DNA from: an uncultured archaeon
GTDB taxonomy: Archaea; Asgardarchaeota; Thorarchaeia; Thorarchaeales; Thorarchaeaceae
DNA length: 64,000 nt
Assembly: GCA_964458565.1 (NCBI GenBank)
Contig: CAYWJO010000004.1
Location: 81,974 to 145,973, forward strand
Direction: 5' to 3'
The notes beneath the pieces were generated by a model. The model had not been told where the DNA came from and ran no database searches. It worked only from the letters and a program-made list of their open reading frames with translations. Each line of letters opens with the position of its first letter. Positions within the stretch are counted from its first letter, which is position 1. Shown in pieces: positions 28,625 to 38,506 of this stretch. The position numbers were made by a program, and so were the translations under genes.

Positions 28625-29641
28625 TTGATGATGTTGCCTGGAAAAATACCCCCCGAGGTTCTAAAACGTATCATATTTTCAAACCTTGGAACGAAGGACG
28701 ATGATATTCTTCTTGGTCCGGGGATTGGTCAAGATGCTTCTGTGATACGTGTTGGTGACAGTGTCATCATCGCATCAACTGATCCGATAACCGGGTCGAT
28801 TGAAGATATAGGATGGCTCGCTGTCCATGTCAATGCTAATGATATTGCTACGTTTGGAGTAGAACCTAGGTGGTTTCTTACTTCTATTATGTTACCAGCT
28901 GGAACTCTAGAATCCGAACTAGAGCGAATTATGAATCAGATTCACGAAGCTGCTGAACCTCTTGGAATCTCGGTAGCTGGTGGGCATACAGAAATCACAG
29001 AGAAACTCCAGAATCCGATTATTGCAGGATTCATGATTGGGGTCTGCAAAGAAGGTGAATATGTCACTTCATCAGGGGCTAAGGAAGGTGATTCTATTAT
29101 CATGACAAAGACAGCCGCTATCGAAGGCACGGCGATTCTTGCAGCGGAAGGATATGATTACCTTCAGAAACGCATAAACGAAAGTACCATTAAAAGTGCT
29201 AGGAGTTTACGAAACCAGATTAGTGTAGTACCCGAGGGTATTGCAGCAATGAAGACGGGGTACATTACAGCTATGCATGATCCGACAGAGGGTGGATTAT
29301 CTGGCGGACTACACGAAATTGCGGATGCAAGTGGTGTTGGTTTTAGGGTGGATTTCGAGAAGATACCGATTGATAATGCGTCACGTGAGATATGCAATAT
29401 TCTTGATGTTAATTTTATGGAACTAATCAGTTCAGGTTGTATGTTGCTGACATGCAATTCTGAAAATGTTAATAGCGTTTTAGAGGCTATACAAGCAGTT
29501 GGTATTGAAGCAACCGTGATTGGCAGGATTATTTCTGATTCGAATCATCGTGTTGTTATCGATTCAATGGATGAGCGAGCATTGGATCGACCTATTACTG
29601 ATGCTCTATGGGATGCATTGAAGAAGATTAAATCTCCATAA
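28625..29641 (+). CDS. AIR synthase-related (HypE/PurM superfamily) protein
   Basis: GKIP, GPGIGQDA, STDPIT, NANDIA, GGHTE, MHDPTEGG. Confidence 0.85.
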   Translation: MMMLPGKIPPEVLKRIIFSNLGTKDDDILLGPGIGQDASVIRVGDSVIIASTDPITGSIEDIGWLAVHVNANDIATFGVEPRWFLTSIMLPAGTLESELERIMNQIHEAAEPLGISVAGGHTEITEKLQNPIIAGFMIGVCKEGEYVTSSGAKEGDSIIMTKTAAIEGTAILAAEGYDYLQKRINESTIKSARSLRNQISVVPEGIAAMKTGYITAMHDPTEGGLSGGLHEIADASGVGFRVDFEKIPIDNASREICNILDVNFMELISSGCMLLTCNSENVNSVLEAIQAVGIEATVIGRIISDSNHRVVIDSMDERALDRPITDALWDALKKIKSP

Positions 29642-30410
29642 ATCGTTTCAATTCCTCTAAGTCATCGTCTCTTACTGATTCAATAATCATGGGTGAAAGA
29701 GATATGTTTCCATTAACCAGTACTTCAAAAGCGTCACTACCATGCGTCGGTTCACTCTCTTCCCCCCTTATCCAATAGTATTCGTTTCCATTGGGATCAA
29801 CTCTATTCTCTATATCATTTTTCATCCTGATTCGTGTTGGACGCGTTATTACAATAAATGAATCTTTTTTTAGAACCTTGGGAAAATTCAGGTTTAAGGC
29901 ATCTATGCCAGTGGGAATCCCTTTGGCTATTATGGTGTTGATGATCTGAATCACATGTTCGCATATCTTTGAATAATCGCGATTGTTCTCAATACCTGAA
30001 AACCACTCTTTGGATCCCACCACTTCAGATACTGCAAGAGCTGGATATCCAAGAAACGCCGCTTCCAAAGCTGCACCAAGAGTACCACTTGTCATAATAC
30101 TTTGATAGCCCAGATTTGCTCCAGGATTTATCCCTGATACGAAAATATCGATATCATCGATCATTGCATCCGCTATTAGCGCTGAATCTGCTGGGGTTCC
30201 GCTATGATTATAGAATTCTTCAATATTGGCATGTTGTATTTTGGTTATTCGAAGTGGATTGTTAAGGGAAAGCGATTTGCTTGTAGCGCTACGTTGTCCA
30301 TCCGGAACAACTATAGCTAGTTCGTATTCTTTTGACAATGCTTCTACAAGCTTCATGAACCCTGTAATCTTTGGCCCATCATCATTCACTAGACATATCT
30401 TGGTCATCAT
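29628..30410 (-). CDS. surE: 5'/3'-nucleotidase SurE
   Basis: VNDDG, SGTPAD, VSGINPGAN, SGTLGAALEA. Confidence 0.92.
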   Translation of the reverse strand: MMTKICLVNDDGPKITGFMKLVEALSKEYELAIVVPDGQRSATSKSLSLNNPLRITKIQHANIEEFYNHSGTPADSALIADAMIDDIDIFVSGINPGANLGYQSIMTSGTLGAALEAAFLGYPALAVSEVVGSKEWFSGIENNRDYSKICEHVIQIINTIIAKGIPTGIDALNLNFPKVLKKDSFIVITRPTRIRMKNDIENRVDPNGNEYYWIRGEESEPTHGSDAFEVLVNGNISLSPMIIESVRDDDLEELKRFMEI

Positions 30411-30430
30411 TTTTCACTCACTGGATGTTT

Positions 30431-31531
30431 TCATTTGTATTCTTTCTCAAGAATATCTACAATGTATTTAGACGCTTTTCCGCTTCCATATGGACTTGCA
30501 GTAGGTGCTTTCCAATCGCTTGATTCTGCCCTTTGAATCGACAGTGGAAATATCTTGGGATTTACTCCAACAACAATTGCATGACCAGATTCCACTGCTT
30601 CTGGTCTTTCTGTTGACGTTCTTAGCACGAAAGCCCTTTTGTTGATTGAAGGTGCTGTAACTTCTTCTTGAATGCCTCCTGAATCAGTGATCACAAAGTC
30701 ACACTTCTTTAGAAGATACAGGAAATCAAGATATCCTGGAGGATCAATAATATGCACTTGCTTGCTGGTTTGAATTCTATCCATGAGCTCATATTCTTTT
30801 AGTCTTGACAATGTTCGTGGATGAGCCGCAAATACTATGTCCCGGTTTAATGAAATAAGTCCGTCTACAATTCCCTTCAAAATCCGTCTATCATCAACAT
30901 TCTCAGCTCTATGTAGAGTAAGTAAGACGAATTCGTTTAGATTAAGTTCCTTGATTGGATTCTCTCGAGTTGTTGCTTTTGGAATTATCTCTTGGAGCAT
31001 ATCAATTACTGTATTTCCTGTTACATGAATGTCTCCCCAAACTGATTCTCTCCGAAGGATTTCTGCTGCATGTTCAGTTGGGGCAAAGAGGTATTTTGAT
31101 ACATGATCTGTAAGTCGACGATTATGTTCTTCTGGCATCCTGATGTCATAACTCCTTAGACCAGCTTCTATATGTCCCACAGGAATCTGCAACTTAACAG
31201 ATGCAAGCGCTGCAGATAATACTGCATTAGTATCTCCCTGGACAAGAGAAACGTCTGGTTTGGTATCCATAAGAGACTCTTCTATTCCGACAAGTGCTCT
31301 TGCAGTCTGTTCACCTTGTGTTGCTGAGCCTATCTGGAGATTTTTATCTGGAGATCTGAGACCAAGATCACTGAAGAACGCTTCACTCATGAACTGTGAA
31401 TAGTGCTGCCCAGTATGAAGCAGGAATACTGTGTGATTCCGCCTCTCTAGTTCATGAACCACAGGTGTCATCTTGATTATTTCAGGTCTTGTACCTATTG
31501 TTATGAAGACATACAACTCTAAGAAACCCAT
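30431..31531 (-). CDS. wecB: UDP-N-acetylglucosamine 2-epimerase (non-hydrolysing)
   Basis: GTRPEIIK, HTGQH, QGDT, HIEAGLRS, TDSGGIQEE. Confidence 0.93.
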   Translation of the reverse strand: MGFLELYVFITIGTRPEIIKMTPVVHELERRNHTVFLLHTGQHYSQFMSEAFFSDLGLRSPDKNLQIGSATQGEQTARALVGIEESLMDTKPDVSLVQGDTNAVLSAALASVKLQIPVGHIEAGLRSYDIRMPEEHNRRLTDHVSKYLFAPTEHAAEILRRESVWGDIHVTGNTVIDMLQEIIPKATTRENPIKELNLNEFVLLTLHRAENVDDRRILKGIVDGLISLNRDIVFAAHPRTLSRLKEYELMDRIQTSKQVHIIDPPGYLDFLYLLKKCDFVITDSGGIQEEVTAPSINKRAFVLRTSTERPEAVESGHAIVVGVNPKIFPLSIQRAESSDWKAPTASPYGSGKASKYIVDILEKEYK

Positions 31532-31645
31532 TGATTAATTACATGTGAAACACATAAAGGTGATTACTTGTACTTTGAACTCATAAGACCTAAAAGAGTC
31601 TAAGATAGTTCTAGTTAGACTCAAATATCGCGTTGAGGGATTTGA

Positions 31646-32434
31646 TTGAGATACGGAATTGGAGTATTCATTGGTGCTTTGATAACTGGCATTGCTTATC
31701 TTGGTAGCTCTGTTATCCAATGGATTGGTTATGGTATAACAGATGAATCTACATTGGCTTTGCTCTGGTCAATCTTTGTCATTTGGAGTGTCATTTCATT
31801 CCTCATGGTTACAATTCCTCCTCTAGTCTTCTACTTCACACGACGTGAACAATTCAGAAGGTTCTTCTTTCTCGAGATGGGTGGCGTGTTCCTTTTTACA
31901 CCCCTTTGGCTTGTACTGTCTCTTGAAATAACCGGGACGAAAAGCTGGGTCTATCTATTTACAGAGGGTTTAGGCGGAATTCCTTTCTCGGGTCAACATG
32001 GTTCAATCGAGGCGATGAATATATCCCCAATATTGGCCATTCCCATCTTACTCGGTTTCTTGATATTGGGAGCAGTCATGCTGCAACCTTCATTCATATC
32101 TAAATATGAAACCCCCACAATGAGAACAAAGACATTCAAGGTTACCGCAGAACCTGAACCTGTGACATCCGAAGATATGATGGAGACAGAAATGCCTGAA
32201 ATATCTCGACCAGTCCCAGATGAATCTAGTGTTGAAGAACTACGTCAACAACTTCTAGCAATTGAGGTAGTTGGCTCTATCATCGAGCGTTTAATATCAG
32301 CAGGCTATGCAACAGTTACTGATTTAGTAGCAGCAAAACCCGAACATATTTCTCAGGCGGCAAGTATAAGCATTAAGGATGCTGAATTATTATTACTTGC
32401 TCTTCAGAAATCCGTCTGGTTCGGTGACATTTGA
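31646..32434 (+). CDS. Membrane protein (4 TM) with C-terminal helix-hairpin-helix-like domain
   Basis: Hydrophobic N-terminal half; LISAGYATVTDLVAA resembles the RadA/NusA HhH domain. Confidence 0.65.
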   Translation: MRYGIGVFIGALITGIAYLGSSVIQWIGYGITDESTLALLWSIFVIWSVISFLMVTIPPLVFYFTRREQFRRFFFLEMGGVFLFTPLWLVLSLEITGTKSWVYLFTEGLGGIPFSGQHGSIEAMNISPILAIPILLGFLILGAVMLQPSFISKYETPTMRTKTFKVTAEPEPVTSEDMMETEMPEISRPVPDESSVEELRQQLLAIEVVGSIIERLISAGYATVTDLVAAKPEHISQAASISIKDAELLLLALQKSVWFGDI

Positions 32435-32436
32435 GA

Positions 32437-33189
32437 TCAATAATGAATAGGATTGGTCTTAATCATAGCATCTAATGCTACATGGATAAGGTCATCTAGC
32501 TTAGGTTTTCCTATAATCTTCGCCTCTTCCTCTATAGGTTCACCGACAATAACACAGATGGCTCCAACTCTAACTCTGCGGAGTTGACCAATTACGAAGA
32601 GTGCTGCTGCTTCCATCTCTGTTGCAAGAACTCCAGCCGCTCTCATTCCGTCCCATTTTCTTTTCATTCTTTCAGGATCTGCCACCATTTCGGGATACTC
32701 GCTATAAAAGGAATCTTTGCTATGTCCAATTCCTACAAAATGCTTGGCTCCTAAATCATCAGCTGCCATCTTCAAATTTTGAACAAGCAACGTATCTGCT
32801 ATCGCAGGATATTCGATTGGTACATACTGTCTAGATGTTCCATCATCGCGGACTGATCCTGTAAATATTACTAGGTCTCCTGCTCGAAGTGACGAATCGA
32901 TTGCACCCGCTGTTCCGACTCTCACAAATATTTTGCAACCAACTTTTACGAGTTCCTCCAATGCAATTGCTGCTGAAGGGCAACCTATGCCTGTTGAACA
33001 AACAGCAACAGGTACTCCCTTGTATTTTCCCTTGAAACTCCAATATTCTCGCTTATGGGCAATTTCTTCTGGTTCCTCAAAAAAGGTTTCAGCAATTTTC
33101 TTTGATCTTTGAGGATCACCTGGAAGAAGAACTAGCGGGGGAATTTCACCAGGTGCGATGTCAATGTGGTATTCCTTCTCGTTTGCCAT
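32437..33189 (-). CDS. udp: Uridine phosphorylase (PNP/UDP family)
   Basis: LPGDPQR, STGIGCPS, RVGTAG, TEMEAA. Confidence 0.85.
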   Translation of the reverse strand: MANEKEYHIDIAPGEIPPLVLLPGDPQRSKKIAETFFEEPEEIAHKREYWSFKGKYKGVPVAVCSTGIGCPSAAIALEELVKVGCKIFVRVGTAGAIDSSLRAGDLVIFTGSVRDDGTSRQYVPIEYPAIADTLLVQNLKMAADDLGAKHFVGIGHSKDSFYSEYPEMVADPERMKRKWDGMRAAGVLATEMEAAALFVIGQLRRVRVGAICVIVGEPIEEEAKIIGKPKLDDLIHVALDAMIKTNPIHY

Positions 33190-33291
33190 CGTTCAATCAA
33201 CGGATGGCCTTTGACCACCTTGTTTAAACTATTTGGTGTGTGTCCGACAGCCTTAAAAGATTCCCACAAGGCGCGTCTGCAAGTGTTGGCA

Positions 33292-33513
33292 ATGAGCGAA
33301 GAACTTACCGAACTTGAACAATTGATACTACCTGTCATCATTGAAGACAGCCATAGAGCAAGTGCAATTTCACGTATCCTGATCAAAAAAGGCGTTGCAT
33401 GTGATAATAATGCGGTCGTTCAAGCCTTGAATTCTCTAGAATCAAAGAGTCTAGTTGAACGCTATACAACAAAGGCTTGGATTGCCACAACTAAGGCACA
33501 GGATTATGTTTGA
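33292..33513 (+). CDS. Small winged-helix protein
   Basis: MSEELTELEQLIL...ALNSLESKSLVER...WIAT; start at ATG 33292 avoids overlap with udp. Confidence 0.65.
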   Translation: MSEELTELEQLILPVIIEDSHRASAISRILIKKGVACDNNAVVQALNSLESKSLVERYTTKAWIATTKAQDYV

Positions 33514-33517
33514 AATC

Positions 33518-35176
33518 TTATCGAATGACTCTACCACACGCGCCACAGAACTGAGCCTCAGGACCCACGTCCGAGCCACAATCTGGACATTTACCCATAT
33601 ACTCATTCCAACGCAATATTAGCTTCTCATCTAATCCTTCAGTCAGTAACTGCCTTGCTTGAAGATTTCGTAATCCTGGTTTCAACAGATCCTCAGGGGT
33701 ATCTAGAAGCATGGAACTAGAAACATTGAGAGTGTGTAAATTGTCCTTAAACGACCGACTCTGTTCAATATACCTCTCAATTGTGTCTTTCAACCATTTG
33801 TCTAGTTCACTTGATAAAACTTGATGCTTGATTGGAATAGTTACTCTCTCAGAGGGACTCACTCCAGGTGTGAATAATGAGATTGTTTCGTCATGATAAG
33901 ATACAATTAGGAATTCGACGTCTAAATGAGTTAGGGGCGCTATTTCCTTAATGCCTGAATTATTGAATGCATAGTCACTTATCCGGTTCAGTTCGATTTT
34001 TGCAGATTCAATTCTTTCTTCCAGCGCACGTTCAAATTTACTCACTGCTAATTTTGCATTTTCCTGAAGATCTGCCATTTCATTTTCTTTCTGACTCCTT
34101 TCCAAATCAAACTCAACGAGTCGCAATTTTCTCTCTCTGATTTGTGCATCAATATCGGAAGATATTGCAGATATCTCCTCTTCCATTGACTTCTTCATCG
34201 ATTCTATTTTTCCACTAATCTCGTCGGTCTTATTTCGAATTTCTTTGATGACATCTTGATATTCAGGAGTTTTTGTTTCTAATTTCTGAACTAATTCATC
34301 AAACAAACTGAACGCATCTTCAACACATTCCCCCGTCTGGCCGATTGTTATTCTGGCATCCCTCGTAAGTATAGCAAGATTTTCAAAATGGTCTTCTAGA
34401 CTTGAGAGTATTCGGGTGAAATCCGCTGTTATAGCACGTAATCCTATCTTGAATTTTTGGTCCAAATCATAGATCGAATCTTGCTTTTTCTCTTGTAACT
34501 CACTTATCTCTAGTTCTGTAATTTCTTCATGAGTTCGTACTCTACGAGACCATCGATCTCTCTCAGAAGTAAATACGTTCTCAATAGCAGTAACCTTTTC
34601 ACGAAGATGCTCTCGTGAAAACTTCCGCAGTTCCTCAAGTTCTGCTAATCTGGTCTTTGATTCATCAAGAAGTTTTTGAAAACGACTACTGATATCCAAT
34701 GCTTTTTGGGAATCAATAGTTTCGTCAAGTCTGTTCAGTTGTTCTGTGGGTTCCAATAATACATAATGATTTGACTGATTTATAAGATTAGATGAATAAA
34801 TCAAAGATTGTACGGTGTGAATCGATTGCTCAATATTACCAAGAAGCTCCAAAGCCTTACTTACTGAATCTGGAATCGTTCCAGGTTCAGAAGTTGCACT
34901 ACTAATTATTCTCTTGATGGCTCCAAGTGCTCTATTCTCAGTAACTTCTATCGAAATGGAATCAAGCGCTATGGCTGAGAGTAAAATTGATTCGGTCTCT
35001 GCAACCTGTACAATCCAGAATGGTAAGGCGATAAATGCCAATCCAGTTATTTTTTTGTTCTCTCTCATTGATTCTGCAAGTCCGAATCCAAGAGCTAATG
35101 ACGTTTCGGGATTTTCCGATTGGTAATCCTCCCCTTTCTTTTGATATAGAAACTTTAATGCTAATTGCCTAACCAT
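33518..35176 (-). CDS. Long coiled-coil protein with C-terminal double-CxxC zinc ribbon
   Basis: Heptad-rich centre; ends CPDCG...FCGACG. Confidence 0.75.
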   Translation of the reverse strand: MVRQLALKFLYQKKGEDYQSENPETSLALGFGLAESMRENKKITGLAFIALPFWIVQVAETESILLSAIALDSISIEVTENRALGAIKRIISSATSEPGTIPDSVSKALELLGNIEQSIHTVQSLIYSSNLINQSNHYVLLEPTEQLNRLDETIDSQKALDISSRFQKLLDESKTRLAELEELRKFSREHLREKVTAIENVFTSERDRWSRRVRTHEEITELEISELQEKKQDSIYDLDQKFKIGLRAITADFTRILSSLEDHFENLAILTRDARITIGQTGECVEDAFSLFDELVQKLETKTPEYQDVIKEIRNKTDEISGKIESMKKSMEEEISAISSDIDAQIRERKLRLVEFDLERSQKENEMADLQENAKLAVSKFERALEERIESAKIELNRISDYAFNNSGIKEIAPLTHLDVEFLIVSYHDETISLFTPGVSPSERVTIPIKHQVLSSELDKWLKDTIERYIEQSRSFKDNLHTLNVSSSMLLDTPEDLLKPGLRNLQARQLLTEGLDEKLILRWNEYMGKCPDCGSDVGPEAQFCGACGRVIR

Positions 35177-35243
35177 TTTACTAACCTCATATTGAGAAGA
35201 TGATACTTCTAATTATCTTTTGTCAAGATTGAATTTATCCTTG

Positions 35244-36230
35244 TTAAAGAATTTTCACAAGAGTGTTGACAATATTGTAGCATAATTCTGGGTGGTTAAC
35301 ACAGAATGTTTCTGTATATACAGTATTGGTTGTAACAATTCTACCTTTGCTCTTTTCCACCAGTCTTTTGAGAAGATCCTCTCCTCTTTCCACTAGTGGA
35401 ATAACATGTGCAACTGCCATTGCTATCTCTCTGGCTCCTAACCCGTTCAATCGGTCTGAAGCTTCAAGAAGAGTACTACCGCTTTTTGTGAGGTCATCAA
35501 CGATTATTACACATTGATTACTGACATCAAGGTCTCCTTTAAGATGCACATGATATGAATCATCTCGTGATTTGCCAAATCCCTTAACTGCGAATCTCTC
35601 TTGACCCCCTTCATCTGGCGTGACCACAGTATATTCATCGAATTTGCAGGAAATAGCACTAAATTCGATCAAGTCGGGAATTACATCTATCTCCTCATAT
35701 ATTTCCTTCTCGCGTAAGCTTTGAACCCATGGTAAACTTGGAGACGCATGAGGATTAATCACCCAAACTTTGTTGGATGCCTCAGCAATCATCTCTGTTG
35801 CCCACCTAGCAGAAACTGCTTCTCCAGTGAGAAATGCTTTATCTTGAAGAGCAAATGGTTGAAACGTAAGAACAACTTCAACTCTAGCGGCTGGCGCTAT
35901 TGGTACGGATTTGTACTCTTTATGTCCTATCGGAACTACTTTTACCGGTCTTTTTAGAATGCTTAGAAGAAGAAGAAGTTCAATCACTCGATCCGATGTA
36001 CTATAGAACTCTGTTTCAGATGGACACGAGCCCGTACAACTTTGTATAACGATTACTCTTCTATCAGACAGTTCCTCAATCTTCTGGATTCTAGCATAAA
36101 TATCAGCATTTGGAAAGAATCTTCTAAGATCATAATTCAATCCTGAAGAGTATACCCGATAACCTAGTTCCTCATATCTAGTTCGAAGATGTTCTGCACC
36201 ACTTGCAAGAACCACGTCATAATCCTTCAT
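35244..36230 (-). CDS. Divergent ribose-phosphate pyrophosphokinase-like phosphoribosyltransferase
   Basis: RFFPNAD, QDK, PDEGG and the PRPP loop IIVDDLTKSGSTL. Confidence 0.7.
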   Translation of the reverse strand: MKDYDVVLASGAEHLRTRYEELGYRVYSSGLNYDLRRFFPNADIYARIQKIEELSDRRVIVIQSCTGSCPSETEFYSTSDRVIELLLLLSILKRPVKVVPIGHKEYKSVPIAPAARVEVVLTFQPFALQDKAFLTGEAVSARWATEMIAEASNKVWVINPHASPSLPWVQSLREKEIYEEIDVIPDLIEFSAISCKFDEYTVVTPDEGGQERFAVKGFGKSRDDSYHVHLKGDLDVSNQCVIIVDDLTKSGSTLLEASDRLNGLGAREIAMAVAHVIPLVERGEDLLKRLVEKSKGRIVTTNTVYTETFCVNHPELCYNIVNTLVKIL

Positions 36231-36280
36231 GACTGTTCGTGACTTCTCGCATACGCAGCTCCTTTTGAGACTTGCGCCTT

Positions 36281-36826
36281 CTAAATCATCTCCGGTTCTT
36301 GCTGTCCAACGTAACGACTGGCTTTTCGTTTATCGTATCCAACCTTTGAGGGGCTACTTAATGGAACAAACATAATCTGGACTATACGCATCCCTGGATA
36401 CAGAAGAACTGGTGCAAGATTCTCACAATAAATCTCAAGGGTGAGACGGCCTGGTTTTTCAGAGCCCGTTCCTGGATTAACTAAGCCCGCAGCATGCACG
36501 ATGATACCCAATCTTGCCACACTTGAACGCCCCTCCAAAAGTGCTGCATACTTGGAACTGATTGCTATAGATTCCCTCGTTTGTCCCAATATGAACTGAC
36601 CGGGCAATATCATGAAAGGTTCTCCTTTTGTATCAAGAAGGCGTGTACCCGAGGATACATCCATCTGAGATTTGATATCCACAGGTGGTCCGGGATCATA
36701 CACTCGAAAAACACAATCAAGAGTGAGGTCAATACTACATGGACCCAATGAGGTTTCATCATAAGGGTCAATCAAAATTTCTTTATTTTCTATGGCTTTC
36801 TCGATATCAACATCAGAGAGCATCAT
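36281..36826 (-). CDS. dcd: dCTP deaminase
   Basis: SIDLTL, EGRSSVARLG, AGLVNPG, LTLEI, YVGQ. Confidence 0.88.
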   Translation of the reverse strand: MMLSDVDIEKAIENKEILIDPYDETSLGPCSIDLTLDCVFRVYDPGPPVDIKSQMDVSSGTRLLDTKGEPFMILPGQFILGQTRESIAISSKYAALLEGRSSVARLGIIVHAAGLVNPGTGSEKPGRLTLEIYCENLAPVLLYPGMRIVQIMFVPLSSPSKVGYDKRKASRYVGQQEPEMI

Positions 36827-36912
36827 TGTATAGTCCTCCTAGGTTTACTTTATTACGTCATACTACAACATAAAATGGTTGTCGCATATATCTTTCATGC
36901 CACCACGAGGTA

Positions 36913-37629
36913 GTGAAATCCTTGAGCCTGACAGCTCGTGATATAATTCATAAACTTGCAGAATCTACATCACACTCTTATAGCGAAATAGCTGCTAGAG
37001 TAAATCAGTTAATGGTTGAGGGAATTAGTCTATCTGATGCAATCAAATCTATTGCTAATTCTGAAAACCTTGATACACAAGATTATCTAATATCTTCTGA
37101 GAGCATAGTTGAGGAAGCACGTACTATTCTGATGGAGGACTACACCCAAACTCTTATGATTTCAGCAGTAATGGCTCAAATGGTCGAATCGGAAGGAAAC
37201 GAACGACTACCTGTTCCCGCCTTCTTTGCTTTCATGGAAATTCTCTCTATGGTCGACGACGCTCCAAAAGACCAAAAATCAGAAACCTCTGATGAGATTG
37301 ATAAATACACAACCAGAATGATTGAATTGATGACTACTCTTGTTTCCGTTATCTGTAGTTGGTCAACTACTGGAATCACAGGAATAGCCAAAAATTGTCC
37401 GAAAGAATTACGTGAAATTGCTCAGCAAATCCATTGGAAAACAAAAATGTTTCAGAGTGGTATATGGAGTTGCATTTCTTGTGGGAGTATGGTTGATATC
37501 AAAGAAACGAAGGCACTCCTATGCAAAGATTGCGATTTCGCTTTATCTGATGAACTATCGCGACTTCATCCATCTTCTAGCGAACGCGAAAGGATTGGTT
37601 ACGGACAAACTAAAGATGTCGATGAATAG
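36913..37629 (+). CDS. Hypothetical helical protein with C-terminal Cys4 zinc finger
   Basis: CISCG...LCKDC. Confidence 0.7.
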   Translation: MKSLSLTARDIIHKLAESTSHSYSEIAARVNQLMVEGISLSDAIKSIANSENLDTQDYLISSESIVEEARTILMEDYTQTLMISAVMAQMVESEGNERLPVPAFFAFMEILSMVDDAPKDQKSETSDEIDKYTTRMIELMTTLVSVICSWSTTGITGIAKNCPKELREIAQQIHWKTKMFQSGIWSCISCGSMVDIKETKALLCKDCDFALSDELSRLHPSSSERERIGYGQTKDVDE

Positions 37630-37632
37630 ATA

Positions 37633-38268
37633 TTAAATTTCGAGGTCTAATCCTGAATTCAGCATCTCTCTTAAGGAAATAACATCTTCCTGCGTAACTG
37701 TAACATCATCGATTTGGAATATTGCAGTTCCACCATCTACACTCTCTAAAAAGAGGATAACTGCATCGAGTCCTGCTGCATTTCCAATACTAAGAAGTGG
37801 TCCCGTAAGTCCATCATAGAAATCAGATCTACCCATTGGAATTCCCATTCGATTCAGGAGCCTCTCCCCTTTCTTTGATAATATCTGTCCACAAGTTGGT
37901 GCATCGTGGCTCATTGCTGCAATGATGAACCGAGATGGAACATTCCCCCGCAAATAAAAAAGCATGTCTGTTACCCATTCAAATTCTCGAATAATCACAT
38001 CACCAAAAACAATCATTAGGTCATCATTTATCATTCCTTGGACTGGTACTACCGGAGGTTTGAGTTGTACCGGATATTTATTCCATGACGAGAATGAAGG
38101 TGAATTAAAAATCAAAACTGATTCAAAATGTCTTTGTTCATAGAGATGACGACACAAAGATTGGCCAAGAGGATTTAAACCTAAAATCACCGTGCAATTT
38201 TCATCAATCTTTCTTTTCTGGTATACCTCTAATATTGGAGATATCCACTCCTGCTTGAATTCAACCAT
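37633..38268 (-). CDS. PAC2-like (proteasome assembly chaperone-type fold) protein, divergent
   Basis: VILG..LGQ, MIVFGD, GLTGPLL...GLDAVIL, ending LDLEI, resembling the PAC2 family. Confidence 0.5.
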   Translation of the reverse strand: MVEFKQEWISPILEVYQKRKIDENCTVILGLNPLGQSLCRHLYEQRHFESVLIFNSPSFSSWNKYPVQLKPPVVPVQGMINDDLMIVFGDVIIREFEWVTDMLFYLRGNVPSRFIIAAMSHDAPTCGQILSKKGERLLNRMGIPMGRSDFYDGLTGPLLSIGNAAGLDAVILFLESVDGGTAIFQIDDVTVTQEDVISLREMLNSGLDLEI

Positions 38269-38506
38269 TATCCTCGCCTCATGAGTGTTGACTATACCAA
38301 TGTATTATGATATCTGCAGGTTACGGTTTTAATTTAATAGGTTCTATAGAAGTAAAGAATGACCGATATACTGAACACTATGTGTGTCAAATTTATCCTG
38401 ATTCCGTAATAATTTCATGACATGATCAATTAATCCCCATCCGATTAATTTATGTAGAAGCCATGGTGGGAGCGGCTTGCTTAAACATCATGGTGAGTGA
38501 GGTTCA

